Below, one piece after another: positions 30,001 through 42,200 of a stretch of 64,000 bases of DNA (its first letter is position 1; the number at the start of each line of letters is the position of its first letter). The notes below the pieces were generated by a model. That model ran no database searches. It worked only from the letters and a program-made list of their open reading frames with translations, and was not told the DNA's origin. A program made the position numbers and the translations under genes. The stretch comes from Catajapyx aquilonaris. Its lineage: Eukaryota. Location: NCBI GenBank assembly GCA_000934665.2, contig JYFJ02001452.1, positions 1 to 64,000 of the forward strand, read 5' to 3'.

Positions 30001-33000
30001 AGTGAAAGAAATTGCAATATGATGAGAGAAATGTGTTGTCGACAATAAAACCATTCGTGCATAGTTCTTTTCATATAAAATTGATTTATTTCCATAAGGG
30101 AAGTAGGTTTGTCCAAGAGGAGATAACAACTACTGCTTCTTACATGCCCAAGACTGCGTGTGCGAGAGAGCTTTGACCACCTCGTACTGCCTTCCATTGC
30201 ATAAGTACTTTTTCCTCACCAGAATACCAGGGAAAGTGTGGCCGTCGGGTGACACTCACAGTTGTCACCATTTTGTGAACTCGTGACCAGGTGAGACAAC
30301 GATACGCTCTAGTTATTATTATTTATTAAAGTATGGTCCTCGTATTGCGGTCTCACCGGCGGAAATAGGGACCACAACAATGCGTGTTCTTATCGTTATT
30401 TTTTTATAATTATTTTTTCGTGTCGGATCTGTAAGGAGTCACACTTAGCCTACATGTTTTAAAAATTATTGTTGTTATTATTAAATTACAATTGGACAAT
30501 TTGATCGCTATCTATTGCTAGAATAAGAACCACTGACATGCTCAGTGTGAATGCTCGTCCAAGGTTTTGTGCTTTCCATGGTTTACATAATATTCGTAAT
30601 CGTTTTTCATGTAAGGTGCGAGAGATCAAAGGTGATTATTTTTTTTTTCAAAAAAGTTTGGTCATAACCTTGGGGTGCTGATAGGGAAATAATAAATTGA
30701 TTCGCTTGGTCTCGCGTGTCGACATGAGCAAAAAGTTTTGACTTAAAATGGTAATGGCTTATTTTTTCCAAATTGATATTTCGTAGTGGGAAAACTGTAC
30801 ACTTTAGAAAAAATTTGGGGACAAGTTTTTTTTTCTTCTATTTTCTCCTTCGCTTCAAAAAAGATTTGACACAGGGTGGAAAAAGGAATAAAGAACCGTA
30901 GAGATATTCCCGTATTTTGTATTTTTAGAAAGCTGATTAGGCCCGCTCAAAAATTCGCATTCACACTCACATCCACAATGAACAAAAAGGTCGTTTTAAA
31001 AAGATGAATGCATTTGGTGGGGGGTGGGTCGGGGGATGGGTGGGGAAAAGGCTGTAATGACTATGAAGCTCCATAGACACGCATGAAAATTTGAGACTAC
31101 CTTACACAACACTGGAATGATCAAAGGCGACGCTATGAAGCACCACTCTCTCTCACGCCCTTCAAAATAAAACGATTGTTGACATTCCAGTTTTACCAGC
31201 AAATGAAACGTCATCGTAGTTAATGCTGTATTCCAAACCTGATCACAATCGCTCTTCCCCAGTGGAAAGGTCGTTAAAAGCCTTGAGCAGGGATTGTCTG
31301 TTTTCCTTGTGCCAAAGTGGAGGAAGGAATGGGGGTAAAGAAAAGGGAATGAGGCACGCTCTATACCTTCCTGGACTCAAGAAAGGGATGGGGACGGTTG
31401 CGAAGAAAAAAAGGAACTGAGAGAGAAAGAGGGAAAATGCCTTTATCGGAAAGAGCCTCGAATTGTTTGCAAGGAATGGAGGCGCTGCAATTACCGAAAG
31501 GGCGGAGGCGGCAAAGAAGTTATTTGCTCTGAAAAGGGACAAACACGGAGACGGTGCAGTTGTGATCATTCAATATGGGGCCTCCTACCCGGATGATATT
31601 TACCCTCCCCTTTTTGATGATCGCAAAAAGAGGAGGGGGGACATGGAATCGAGGATGCAATCACGCAGCAAGTAGCAGGATCCCGCAGATGTTTGGTCGG
31701 ATCATTTCCACTTTTCCTGTCCAGGCAAGCCTCTCTTTTTCATTTAAAAGGCTATTTCGTCTAATGCGACCAACTCGAGCGATCATTTCTACTCTCCAAG
31801 CCTGGAATCTGCTCTCTAACATATTTTGAGTGTTTCCAGATTTCCTCAAAACGTTTCCTCACAAAGACAATGAGTGGGGGCCAACAATAGCTCAAAATAT
31901 TTTTAGAGAGTGTACTGTACGCACAACGACTAAACGCATTCCTACCACGGCTTTTATCGAGGTGAAGTCTGTAATATAATTGCTCAGAAACTATTCAAAG
32001 TGTTTCTAGAGAAGATTACCCTGGAAAGTTCGCGACACTAAACACCCCCCACCTTCTTCTAAGAGACACGACGGTGCAAGGAGATAGTTACCACAGCCAG
32101 ATGTACGAGCTACTATATTTTTTTCGTGTGGTTTGAAATAGCCTGCAGTTTGCACTATAGATTTTTTTTTTAAAGTTCTTTCCCACAATACGGTTAACGT
32201 TACAACTAGGACATTATAGAACAAGCGAGCGTGTACAGCGCGTAGATAGCCAAGCGTGAAAATTGATCTCGTTTCCAACGCGAAAAGTTGGTCCAGCGAA
32301 AAATCCGCGAATTTGCTAGTGGACTTTGCCAAGGCTGGATGCCATGGCGCAACCCCACCCAATCCTACCCACTCTCACAAGTCTCTGGCGCTGCTTTACA
32401 CATGAGAAAATATTGAGCGGGTGCTGCGAGACTCTTGATTTTTGTGCTATCTTTTTTGGGGAGGGCCGAAAATATAGAGAGAAGGTGGGGCATTGTTGAG
32501 CGTCTATATACATGCATACTGTCGCCTCCTCCCAAAGGTCTTTATGGTTGCAAGTGGTTGTCAGTGGGGCTCAGCAACCTTTGGACGAGCGGGCGACAGT
32601 TTGCAATGAGAAAAGGGGGCGATGGTTTTGCAGCCAGCCAGGATGAGACTCCCGTTCGCGAAATCCCTCCATGATTGCAAAAAAAGGGAAGAACCAAAAC
32701 CTCTTCCCAATTTTTGCAAAAAAAATGGAGGGAAGACACGTCAGTTCGAGCTACAATCGCTACAGACTTGGACATTAAGAGAGGGTCAAAAAACTGGATG
32801 GAAGCTTTTTTCCAGGCTGGATGCAAACCCTATAGTGACGCTCAAGCCCATGAAGGAGGGGTAAAGCGCTTTTGCATCTAAATCTCTGCAATCTATCAAA
32901 GTCGAATTAGGGATCCCAGGTAGTTGGGTGCGATCATAACTCTTCGGGCTCTATATATACGGAGCACACAACTAGACTGGAGGCAAAGTGAAGGGAAGGA

Positions 33001-33274
33001 GGAAAAGGGGTAATTCAAGTCGGACCAGGGTTTGTTCCTTATTATCATAACCGCCACCTTGGGCTGCTACAGGCTAATGTTTTACGACAACTTGAGAACG
33101 TAGCACAAGCAACTACCCCATTTAAAATGGCAAAACGCGCCCGTCTGGCATGACATCTACAATCCGGCTCTCAACCAGTTGGAATCTCTGAACTACACTG
33201 CTCTGTTGGGAGGCGGAAAAATAACAAGCAGTTCTCAACTGGAAACCTAAGCGCGCTCTTAAGGGGATTCCCCG

Positions 33275-33662
33275 CAGTGAGGGGGGTTGCAGATAAATTA
33301 GCGTAGCTGCTAATTAGCAGCCCTGCGAAATTTGGCTAGCTGCAGAGGCTAATTTTAGCGTTAGGTGTTAAATTATTAAGCAGTTACATCTGGAGCTGTT
33401 AATTTAGCATTTCCCCATCTCTTCAGGTTTTTCCCATATAATGAGGATGAGAGAGTAAGCTGATAGCCGTTCCTAATTAGCAGCTACCGGTAAATTACGG
33501 TGCTGCTCTAAAATAAATATAGCAACTGCGAATTAGAATAGCTGCTAATTCGCAGTTGCTAAAACAACGCTTTAGCACTTCCTGCTAGCGCTTCTGGTAA
33601 TTTTAGAGTTCACTGCTACATTTTAAAATAAGCTCCAGATTTAGCTGCTTTCCCCATCACTA
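33275..33662. mobile_element. Degraded non-autonomous DNA transposon relic (hAT-like ends) with internal AATTAGCAGC palindromic repeats
   Basis: Ends CAGTGAGGGGGGTTGCAGATAAAT and the reverse complement TAGTGATGGGGAAAGCAGCTAAAT; many TAATTAGCAGC/GCTGCTAATT copies; perfect 17-bp stem 33520-33536/33545-33561; no matching TSD seen. Confidence 0.5.
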
Positions 33663-36600
33663 ATTTTTGAGCGGGATCCTAAGATAAACCGATCCTGACA
33701 GGTCGCAATATGCAAGCACTACCTGAAAAGCGACATGTCTGCATCCCAATTTATTATAACTTTTTTTTAAACCGAGAAAGGTCATAACCGGGCGCGAGCT
33801 ACGTGTTAAGAAGAAGACACGCCTGGGATTAAGTACTCACAGATCACGACACAATTAGTGAGTGCGTCACCCCGCCGACTTCAATTAGCCATTGTCCAAA
33901 GTGAAAGGTATTGTTCAGCCTTCAGGCTATCAATTTCTCGCATCACCGCACCCGACCCCCCTTGAAAAGCAGGGGTCTTGAAGACAAGCCCGGTTGAATT
34001 ATGCGAGTCGTGGTGCAAGGCAACGGCAGAGAAGCTTTTCCTCAACCCCCCTCCCCTACCACTACCCTTCTTGCTAAGTTTATATCCGCTTGGCTACCCC
34101 CCTCCTTCCCCTTATACCGAAGAAAGTGGCTGCCTTGATTACAGCCACCGCGGAAATACAACGTTAATGAGCAGAAACCTCGGTTAAAAGCAGCGCATCA
34201 AGTATTCAGACACCTCTGGAGAAGCGTCTCTTCCTCCATTTCACTCAATACTTGGAATGCGCGCCCGCTAATTGAAAACCTACTTTGTAAACGGAGGGAA
34301 ACATCTCTGTCTAAAACGTTTGCCTCTCATTTGCCCGGTGCGGGTGTGTGTCTGTGTGTGAGAGTGTGAAATGTGTGATGACACGTGTGCTGTGGTGGGG
34401 GGCTCTTTTGCACGCCCGAAAGGCAAACGGTAGGCCTTCGTCGTACCTAAGATGTCAGGCTTGGAGAGAGAGAGAGAGAGAGAACGGATTTAAATTATTG
34501 AAATTAATATTAAAACCTGGATTTTTTTCCTCTATTTTTGATCCACTTGGAACGTTCCAAGGCCAGGCAGCAGCTTTACCCCCAAAAATTTGACGAGCCC
34601 GATAGTTTCGCGGGGGTGGGACCCGTTGTTCCAGAATAAAATCAATCGAGCCGAGAAGATTTAGATTGATGGTCCAGCACCGAAGACGAGAAGGGTAAAA
34701 ACGGTGGGGTGGGGAGAGGAGGAGAAAAGGCAGGGTATAGGGGAAAGGGAGGGGAACTAAAATAAGGTTTGATCCAGGAAATATCTGCCGCAGCTCCAGT
34801 TTCCCAATAAAAATCCGGCTTAATAAAACAGGAGTGGAAGAAGGAGGAGGGAAAAAGTCCAGCGAGAAATATTACGAGTGCACAGTCGCGTTTCTGAACC
34901 TTCCCTCCCCCCGGAAAAAAAGTAAGAAGAAAAGGGAAGGCCCAGCTTTCAGGGCTTTTCTCCATTTTGGGACCGAATGTATCTGCAAGCGGTGTGTCGT
35001 CCATTTCGAGTCGCCAAGTGCCCCCACGTGACGGGATCAATTTCTTGCCTTTAACAAATGAGCTTCCCTGGGTACAGAAAGGCAATAATGACTCTCTTGC
35101 AGCTAAAACTTAGTGCGAGAAAGGACGGAGGAAAAGCACGAATAAATCGACGTCATGATTCCAGTTAACTGGTCACGTAAATTCGACACAAGCGTGGGAA
35201 AGGCTTTAAATCAGTCCATTTAGAGCAGAGGAATCAAGAGGGGGGGGCCTTATTACGTTGGAAAGTAGAAAAAAAGAAGAAATCCCATCACAGGCTACAA
35301 AAAAAAGGTCACACTGGGGAAACATCCTGATCCTCATTCATTATGCAGTCGTCTTCTCTTAGCGAAATTCTGTTTGGAAAACAGGATTAGCACGTTGCTT
35401 CCTGCTCGCACGCAATAGGCAAAATTATTTCCCTAATCACGTGCAATTAGGGCTGTTTTACGAGGCGTCGCATTATTTTGGGACGAACCAAAGTGAATGA
35501 AGGACGAAAAATATATACATTATGGGTGCTTCTGTTGCGTTCTGTTAGTTAATTTTAACAAGAATAACAGCAGGGTGTCATTCATGCCAGCCTGGAATGT
35601 TTTTTTTTGGAAAATAACTGGTCGTTTCAGTTATATGATGATGAAATAACAGTTTGAGAGGCGTGAGAGAGAAGCGGCTTCTTCTCCAGCGTGGCCCCCA
35701 ATGGACCTCGATCCTCGATACCGCTGTGAGCAACTTGAGAGTGAAAGACATGGTTGAACGCTCCTGGCAAAAAACGCGCATTCAGAGATGTCTATACGAA
35801 GAACGTGACGTGCAAGGGAAGAAAATGAGTACAGCACATGTGTTTTCTCTGGCTTCTTCTCTCTTTGTTTTAAAGTGTCCATTTGGTGAGGAAGAAAGAA
35901 GGTGGGGGTGATGATGGAGGGAGGAGGCTTGTGCTTCTTGCTCGTTATTTTTTTATACTTTTCAAAATCGGTTAGCTTAGATTAGTAGTTGGAAAGACGC
36001 CTAAGTGCTGCACTCGAAAATATAAAGTTGGACAGGAAAGGGCTGAGTTTGCTCAAAAAAATGTCGTTTTCCAAAATCTGCACAGTGTCTTAATTGCAAG
36101 CTGGCTCTTTTTTTTTGCAAACATTTGGGGAAAGCAGGACAGTCACGTCTACTCTCCCCTTAGGCAAAGATTACCCAACATTTTCCCGGCATACAAAAAA
36201 AATAAAACCGCTAATGGTAATTTTGCATCGATTTTTGACCGCGCCCCACCCAAATTTTACATATTCACAATTCGCCCAGCAAAAGGCTTTTTCCCCGGTT
36301 TTTGTGGTGGAAGCAACGTGAGTAGCATCGCAATGGCAGTCAAGTGGACAAAAAAATTTAAAGCCAGACACATTGTTGTGCTTTCGGAAAACGTATGGAA
36401 ACAAATGCTGCTATAACAAAGGGTGTGATAAAAAAATTAGTTTGTCACTTGAGCAAATGGGTCAGTTTCAGTCCTCTGCACTGCGAAAAAGTCTACTCAT
36501 GTTTGAAATTTATAAGACACGCACAAGTAAAGTTATTATAGAAACCTAACGGACCTTGATCGATCGAACTTTTCTTTAGTAGATCTGACTTCAAACTCAA

Positions 36601-38803
36601 AGCACCTTCTACAGCCGGTTTTTCACGCTGAGGCTCGCCTCCCAACACACAAAAAAATCTTTGCACTTTTTTTTCACCAAGACCCATCGTTATAGCAGCA
36701 CCTCAGACTCTCGCCCATCCAACTCAGCTACAAAAGCTTCAAAGAATCTATGTACAAGTGCGGGCTGGCACCCCCAAAAAATTGTTCACTTTTTTTTTCT
36801 TCCTGCTCTACGAGTAGCACCTAGCTGAGTACAAATTATGCCAGTGCAGATACACATTACGTGAGTAGAGATTGTCACAGCACGATTCGATACTCAACCG
36901 GATTCGCGACTCCAGCCAGAATTCTAGAAGGTCTTCTCGAAGAAAGAGAGATAAGTTTAGGAAAAAAAGAGGCGTAACGCATTGTTGAAAAGGGATTTGT
37001 TTGCTTTGTGTGTAAGAGAAAAAAAACTAAATGTATTTTTTTTTAATGGCTACCACAAAATAACGAGGTTGGGGGAAAATATTTTCGCAACGCACTGTAC
37101 AAAAACGGTCTAAAAATATCAAATCGTTTGTGCTCGTCATGCAGTCAGGGGAAGAAACAAAGTTCTCACAAAATTTGCTCTTTTTATCTTACACACTAGG
37201 TCTACATATGCGTAAGAGAATATCTTATACATATCGTACTTTACGTGACGTTCTTCACCCAAGTCAGAATTTGTTACTAATGACAAGTTCTTTTCAAGAA
37301 ACATGCAGCGTACGTTTTTTTTCAACTTTGAAGCATTGTCATCTGAAGTTGAATTAAAATCAAACAAAGTAGAGAGTCGTGCGCATAGTGATAAGACATC
37401 TTTTGAAATTGGAACGTAAGATTGTGAGAGATGGTTTTGGGGAGTGGGAAGGAGAGAACAGGATGTGAGGCAGCGTTGAGGGTTTGGAGAAAAGTTAGGG
37501 GACTGATATGGTATGTATGAGAAAACTGCATCAATTCCGGGGGAGTTTGAAATTATTTGACTTTGAGTAATATTCCTACCGCACTACCAGGCCTAGTGTG
37601 AGATAAGATATTGGCACTGCATAATATTGTCACCCCTAGGGCCGCATGGTTCCAATTTCGACGCCTACTGGTATATACTCTCTCATATTTTTTTTACCTT
37701 TTTTTTGAAAATTCTGTCTGGGGAGGGGAAGAGGAGGGGGAGGAAGGAGGGGAGACGGAGCGCCTGCGCCCTACAAGCCCCGACTCCTCACCGCCGCTTC
37801 CACTACCAATCAGCAGATCAATCAATCCTTATTACTCGATTTATAAAAGGGGGGGAAAAAAATGGGGACACCGTCTCGCTTCAGATCCAGCACCAACTAC
37901 CAGAACTACCGACCACCATCACCCGCCAAATCTACCATCCAGCACATACCTCCTCCATTTTTCCATGACGAGTCCAAACTTCTTCTGTTGTGTTAAAAAC
38001 CAGCCAAAATCCCGCATTTTCCTCTTTTTTTCCTTCGCACTTTTCATACACCTGACCCTCAAAAACCACTTTTTTGCACTATCACGAACTCGCACTTCTC
38101 TTGCGTTTTGGTCTCCAGTGAGCATCGTTTATCTTTTCTTTTGCCAGGATTTTTCTTGGAAAAACCGTACCACACCTCTGATGAAGATTCTTCTCCAAAC
38201 AACAACAACAACAACAAAAACAGCAACAAAACTTTGGTCTCTCTTCATCATCATTCTCAAACCAGACGCCGGTTTTTTTCTTTCTCGTTTCTTTTCTCAA
38301 CTATATTCACCAGTATTTTTTTTTCTTCACTCGCACCGGAATTAAAGGCGACGTAAACAAAGGGACCGACCATTGTTGTCGAGCGGTCACAATAACACTT
38401 GAGGACCCGTTTGGAAAAAGAAGGTGCGGGGCAAGGAAAAGGGGGGGTTGTGAAATAAAGAAAGTGTGACTTTATATGGTGAGGAAGAAATAATTTTGGC
38501 CGCGTGTACGTGTGGTGTAGATAGAGAGAGGACAGAAGTTGAAAGAGAAAAAATAATTAGACGACAAGAAATTGAGTTAAGCAATCAATCAACAGCCATC
38601 CAGCAGCATCCATTCCGCATCCATGCATCTCATCCATTTTTTGTGGTGAAACATCTACCAGTAGTAGTAGTAATAGTTGTTTAGTTTAGTTATTAGCATG
38701 AGTAGTTTGAATATCACTAGTAAAACGGTAAAAACTCAACGGTGAGGAAGGTGGTGCAACACGGGTTGGGTGGTGGGTGGTGGCGGCAGAGGAGGAGCCA
38801 GAG

Positions 38804-39280
38804 TCATGGAACCATGATGTGCGGCGCCGAGAATAAGACCGCGATAGTGGCAATGATGGTGAACAAGGTGAAGATGATGAGGCACATCCTGTCGACCACC
38901 ATGGCGGCGAACTTCCAGTCATTGGTGATCTCCGCGGCTTCGTCCTCCTTGCGCATCTTGTCCGTGATGACCCGGAGCTCCTTGAGGATGAGCGAGAGCT
39001 CCCGGTGGGCGCACACGCAGCTGTGCACTAAGGCTGGGTCCTCGTGGGAGCTTCCCCCGACCCGGATAAAACCCCCGGTGGTGTGCGAAGACTGCAGCGT
39101 GGCCTGCCGGAAGTCGTCGTCAATGTCCAGCACGTTGGCCAGCAGGCTCTTCGACGAGCGCTCCTTCAGCTCCAACTCACGCATCTTGTTGTTCATCGTT
39201 ATAGTCTTCCGGGTTATCTTCTCGCCCGGACGACTCATCCGCAGCAGCCACGGAAGCCACTGCAGGAAGAGAGCCTTGAT
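38804..39280 (-). CDS. nAChRalpha6/nAChRalpha7: nAChR terminal coding exon (477 nt including stop): intracellular loop and TM4
   Basis: Acceptor ttccag|ATCAAG; reads [15 protein letters not shown]...[17 protein letters not shown]...[17 protein letters not shown]...SAPHIMVP then TGA (38806-38804). Confidence 0.96.
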   Translation of the reverse strand: MKALFLQWLPWLLRMSRPGEKITRKTITMNNKMRELELKERSSKSLLANVLDIDDDFRQATLQSSHTTGGFIRVGGSSHEDPALVHSCVCAHRELSLILKELRVITDKMRKEDEAAEITNDWKFAAMVVDRMCLIIFTLFTIIATIAVLFSAPHIMVP

Positions 39281-42200
39281 CTGGAAGAGCAAGGAAAGGA
39301 AAGGTGGTCAGAAAATGCACGTGGTCAACAGCAGGGGAACAAACCTGTGTGAAAATGCGCATGCGCGACACGTCTGGATTAGTCCCTCCAGTCGCGCATG
39401 CGCACAGCTGCCTGACTACAACTAGTCTCACATAACGAGTGCACTAAATCACTAACAAATATATCATATAAGCGCAATAATTGAACGTATGGAAAACTTT
39501 ACACCCACAAAGAGGCAAGCTTTTCATATTAATGAAGCGCCTCGTGTAATTAGTCAGAAAACGGTGTACTTGAAGTGGCATACAATGCTGTAGGCCTATA
39601 TAAATTTTTGCAAAATGTCACAAAAATGAGGCGGTATGATGAAACGGTGATATCGTTGACGCCAACTATCACGTTTCGATAACAAGACTCCAATTAGCAA
39701 TAAATCGAGGCATTAATTATGAAATTAATTTAATTACCAAATCGGCGGGTTATGTTTCACAGTCACAGTCATATTATTTCGGGTGCGGCTCGCATTTGGC
39801 GCTTGTTAAACAGAACATGTAATAATTACTAATCTAAAACAAATTAACTCTGCAACTCCGTAATTGAACTGGTATTTCCGCTTCTTTTTGCACTGTAATT
39901 AGATGCTACCGTCTGACCTAACCGCGGTTGAAATAAAAAGGCATCGCCACACACCGAAAGACTACAAAATTCACATTTATTTGGCCGAATTTTCACCTAT
40001 TTTTTTTCGAAGTCGGAACAAGCGCAAAAACATAGCAATAAATCGACAGGGGAGTGGCAAATATGTATTTGACAGTTGTTATTGCTCGGCGAGAGCACAT
40101 CGACAAACTCCCGAGAGATCGGTGGCGGTAGCACTGTTTGCTGTCACCGTCAGTTATTGAGGAATATCTCCACTCTAAGGGGATTGTCAAGTCTCCCATA
40201 GAATTGATAACGGAAGTGATAAACTCGAGGTGTCGCCACCGTTTGTGTGACATCCGAGAAAACGAGTGCGTCTGCGGATCTCTACAGAGAAAATATTTTT
40301 TCACTTCCCCTTTCAAGCTCTAGCAACATTGCACAACTTGTGTACAATGAGCTAGATTTTTCGGAAGGTTTAAACTATTATACGGGGAAATCTAATCTCC
40401 ACCTTTTAAGGGATAATAATCAATATGCGGGTACTGCCAAGTAGCCTTCTAATATCGACTCCTGTCACTAGGGTCTTGCGGGATAAATCCTTTGGGCGTC
40501 CCAAAGGGGATCAGGGCCCCCGAATTTTCAATACCTGCTTGGCATTGTTGTTTTGTGCAAGAAAATTCTGGCGAGGAAAAACCGTGGATGGAAAGCAGAA
40601 AGTTTGAGGAGCAAGTGAAGAAGAAGAAGAAAAAAATGGTGGAAGGAAGACTTGGAAGGCTGGTGGTGGCAAGAGCAGAATAAATAACGGTCGTCTCTTT
40701 ACCGAGTAATTTGGGTCCGGACAAATGGTTCTTGGGAATCGCATCCCCGCAAAGTCCGCCTTCTTGATTGAGGTGACATGGGACTTCGATTCCCAAATTG
40801 GATTTCTCCCCTCTACTACTCAGGAAGTGGCGAAGGAAGTGACGCAGCGTGGCACTCAAGTCCCTGCCTCCTGATTAATTGTTTCCATCATGGAGACGCT
40901 CATTTCTCGAACGAACGGCCCCGGGTCGTTCGGGTATCCCTCCCAACTCATTCTTTAGCCCTACTCCCAGAGAGGGAAAATACACAGGGTGTTTCGTAAC
41001 GATACAACTACAGCGTGTGCGCGGTATTCAAATGTGGAGGGAAAGCTGACAAGTTTGTATCTATCTCCTTCTATCTATCCCTGAGGCACGACCGGATGCG
41101 AAATGTCCCCTCGGGAAGAGGTCGTCTTGGGCTGCCCATCTCGATGGGGTCATCCGTCAACGACACTGGTTATGGTCCCATCACAATCCGACGCCAAACC
41201 TCCCGCCGAGTCCTCATTGGATTGCAATGTGCAAACGCAGCGGGGTGTAGCCCGCGGGCGTGTTCAGCAAGAAAAATAAGTCCGTGAATCGAAAGCCGAG
41301 TGCAAAACGTGATGACCTGCAACAAGCCGGATACCTTGTGCGGACCTGATAAGTGCGGGCAGTTTGCTCGGATTCCCATTCCAAACACCCCCTACCAGCA
41401 CCCATCTCTTTTTTTCACCATCCTGCACTAATGCACTCACTCACTCGATGGACACTGGCGACACGTTTCTTTCGATAATACCGTGCACGCTCAGGTTCAA
41501 GCGGCCATCATTAGTCACTCGGTCAGACTTGTGCGGAAGTACCGGCGTATTGAACAGAAAGAATAATTATTTGTTGTTGGACACGTAACAGGGTCCGATT
41601 TGCGTGATCGGTGGCAAACATATGACAAATGGTATCATTGTTATTTAAATGTAGGATTAAATACTTGTTGTGGATATGGAACATGCGACAGCCCTTAATC
41701 AAAATTTGTAGATTGGAATAAATAAATAAAAATTCCAGAATAACAAATCATCATAAATTACAGATTTTTTCACTTAGGTGCTACTTATTGAGGAATTGCT
41801 TTTGAACAGTTTCTAGGAGGAAATTTTTAAAATATCGCATGCTAATATTAAGTCGATCAGACACATTTTTCAAAACAATATTGGAGGGTAGAGCCAGAAA
41901 ACCTTGACATCATGTGCCAGTAGGTCAAGTGAATGTCTGGCAATATCTCATGGTTGTGAATAAATCTCAAGGCCTGAATGAATGATTCTGCTAAGCCTAA
42001 TACTACAAGACTAAATTTTTACAGCCACTAACTATAGTAATAGCTCGAAGGTAACTGCTACATAGTAAGCAGATTAGTTAAAAAAAAATACAATGGAAAC
42101 GGGAACCCGAATTGGAACACACTGCGTTATGTGACACCAGAAGTGAACAAAAATATTCCACTTCCCACAAGTGCTCAACTCATGATATTGAACTGTAATG

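Noticed and set aside
29292..30197. 301-aa minus-strand ORF, the longest in the track
   Set aside because: No recognisable domain; crosses low-complexity tracts; likely chance.
37611..38345. 244-aa plus-strand ORF
   Set aside because: Low-complexity F/T/P-rich translation of homopolymer and (CAA)n tracts in the probable 3' UTR region.
38742..39425. 227-aa plus-strand ORF
   Set aside because: Antisense shadow of the GC3-rich terminal nAChR exon.
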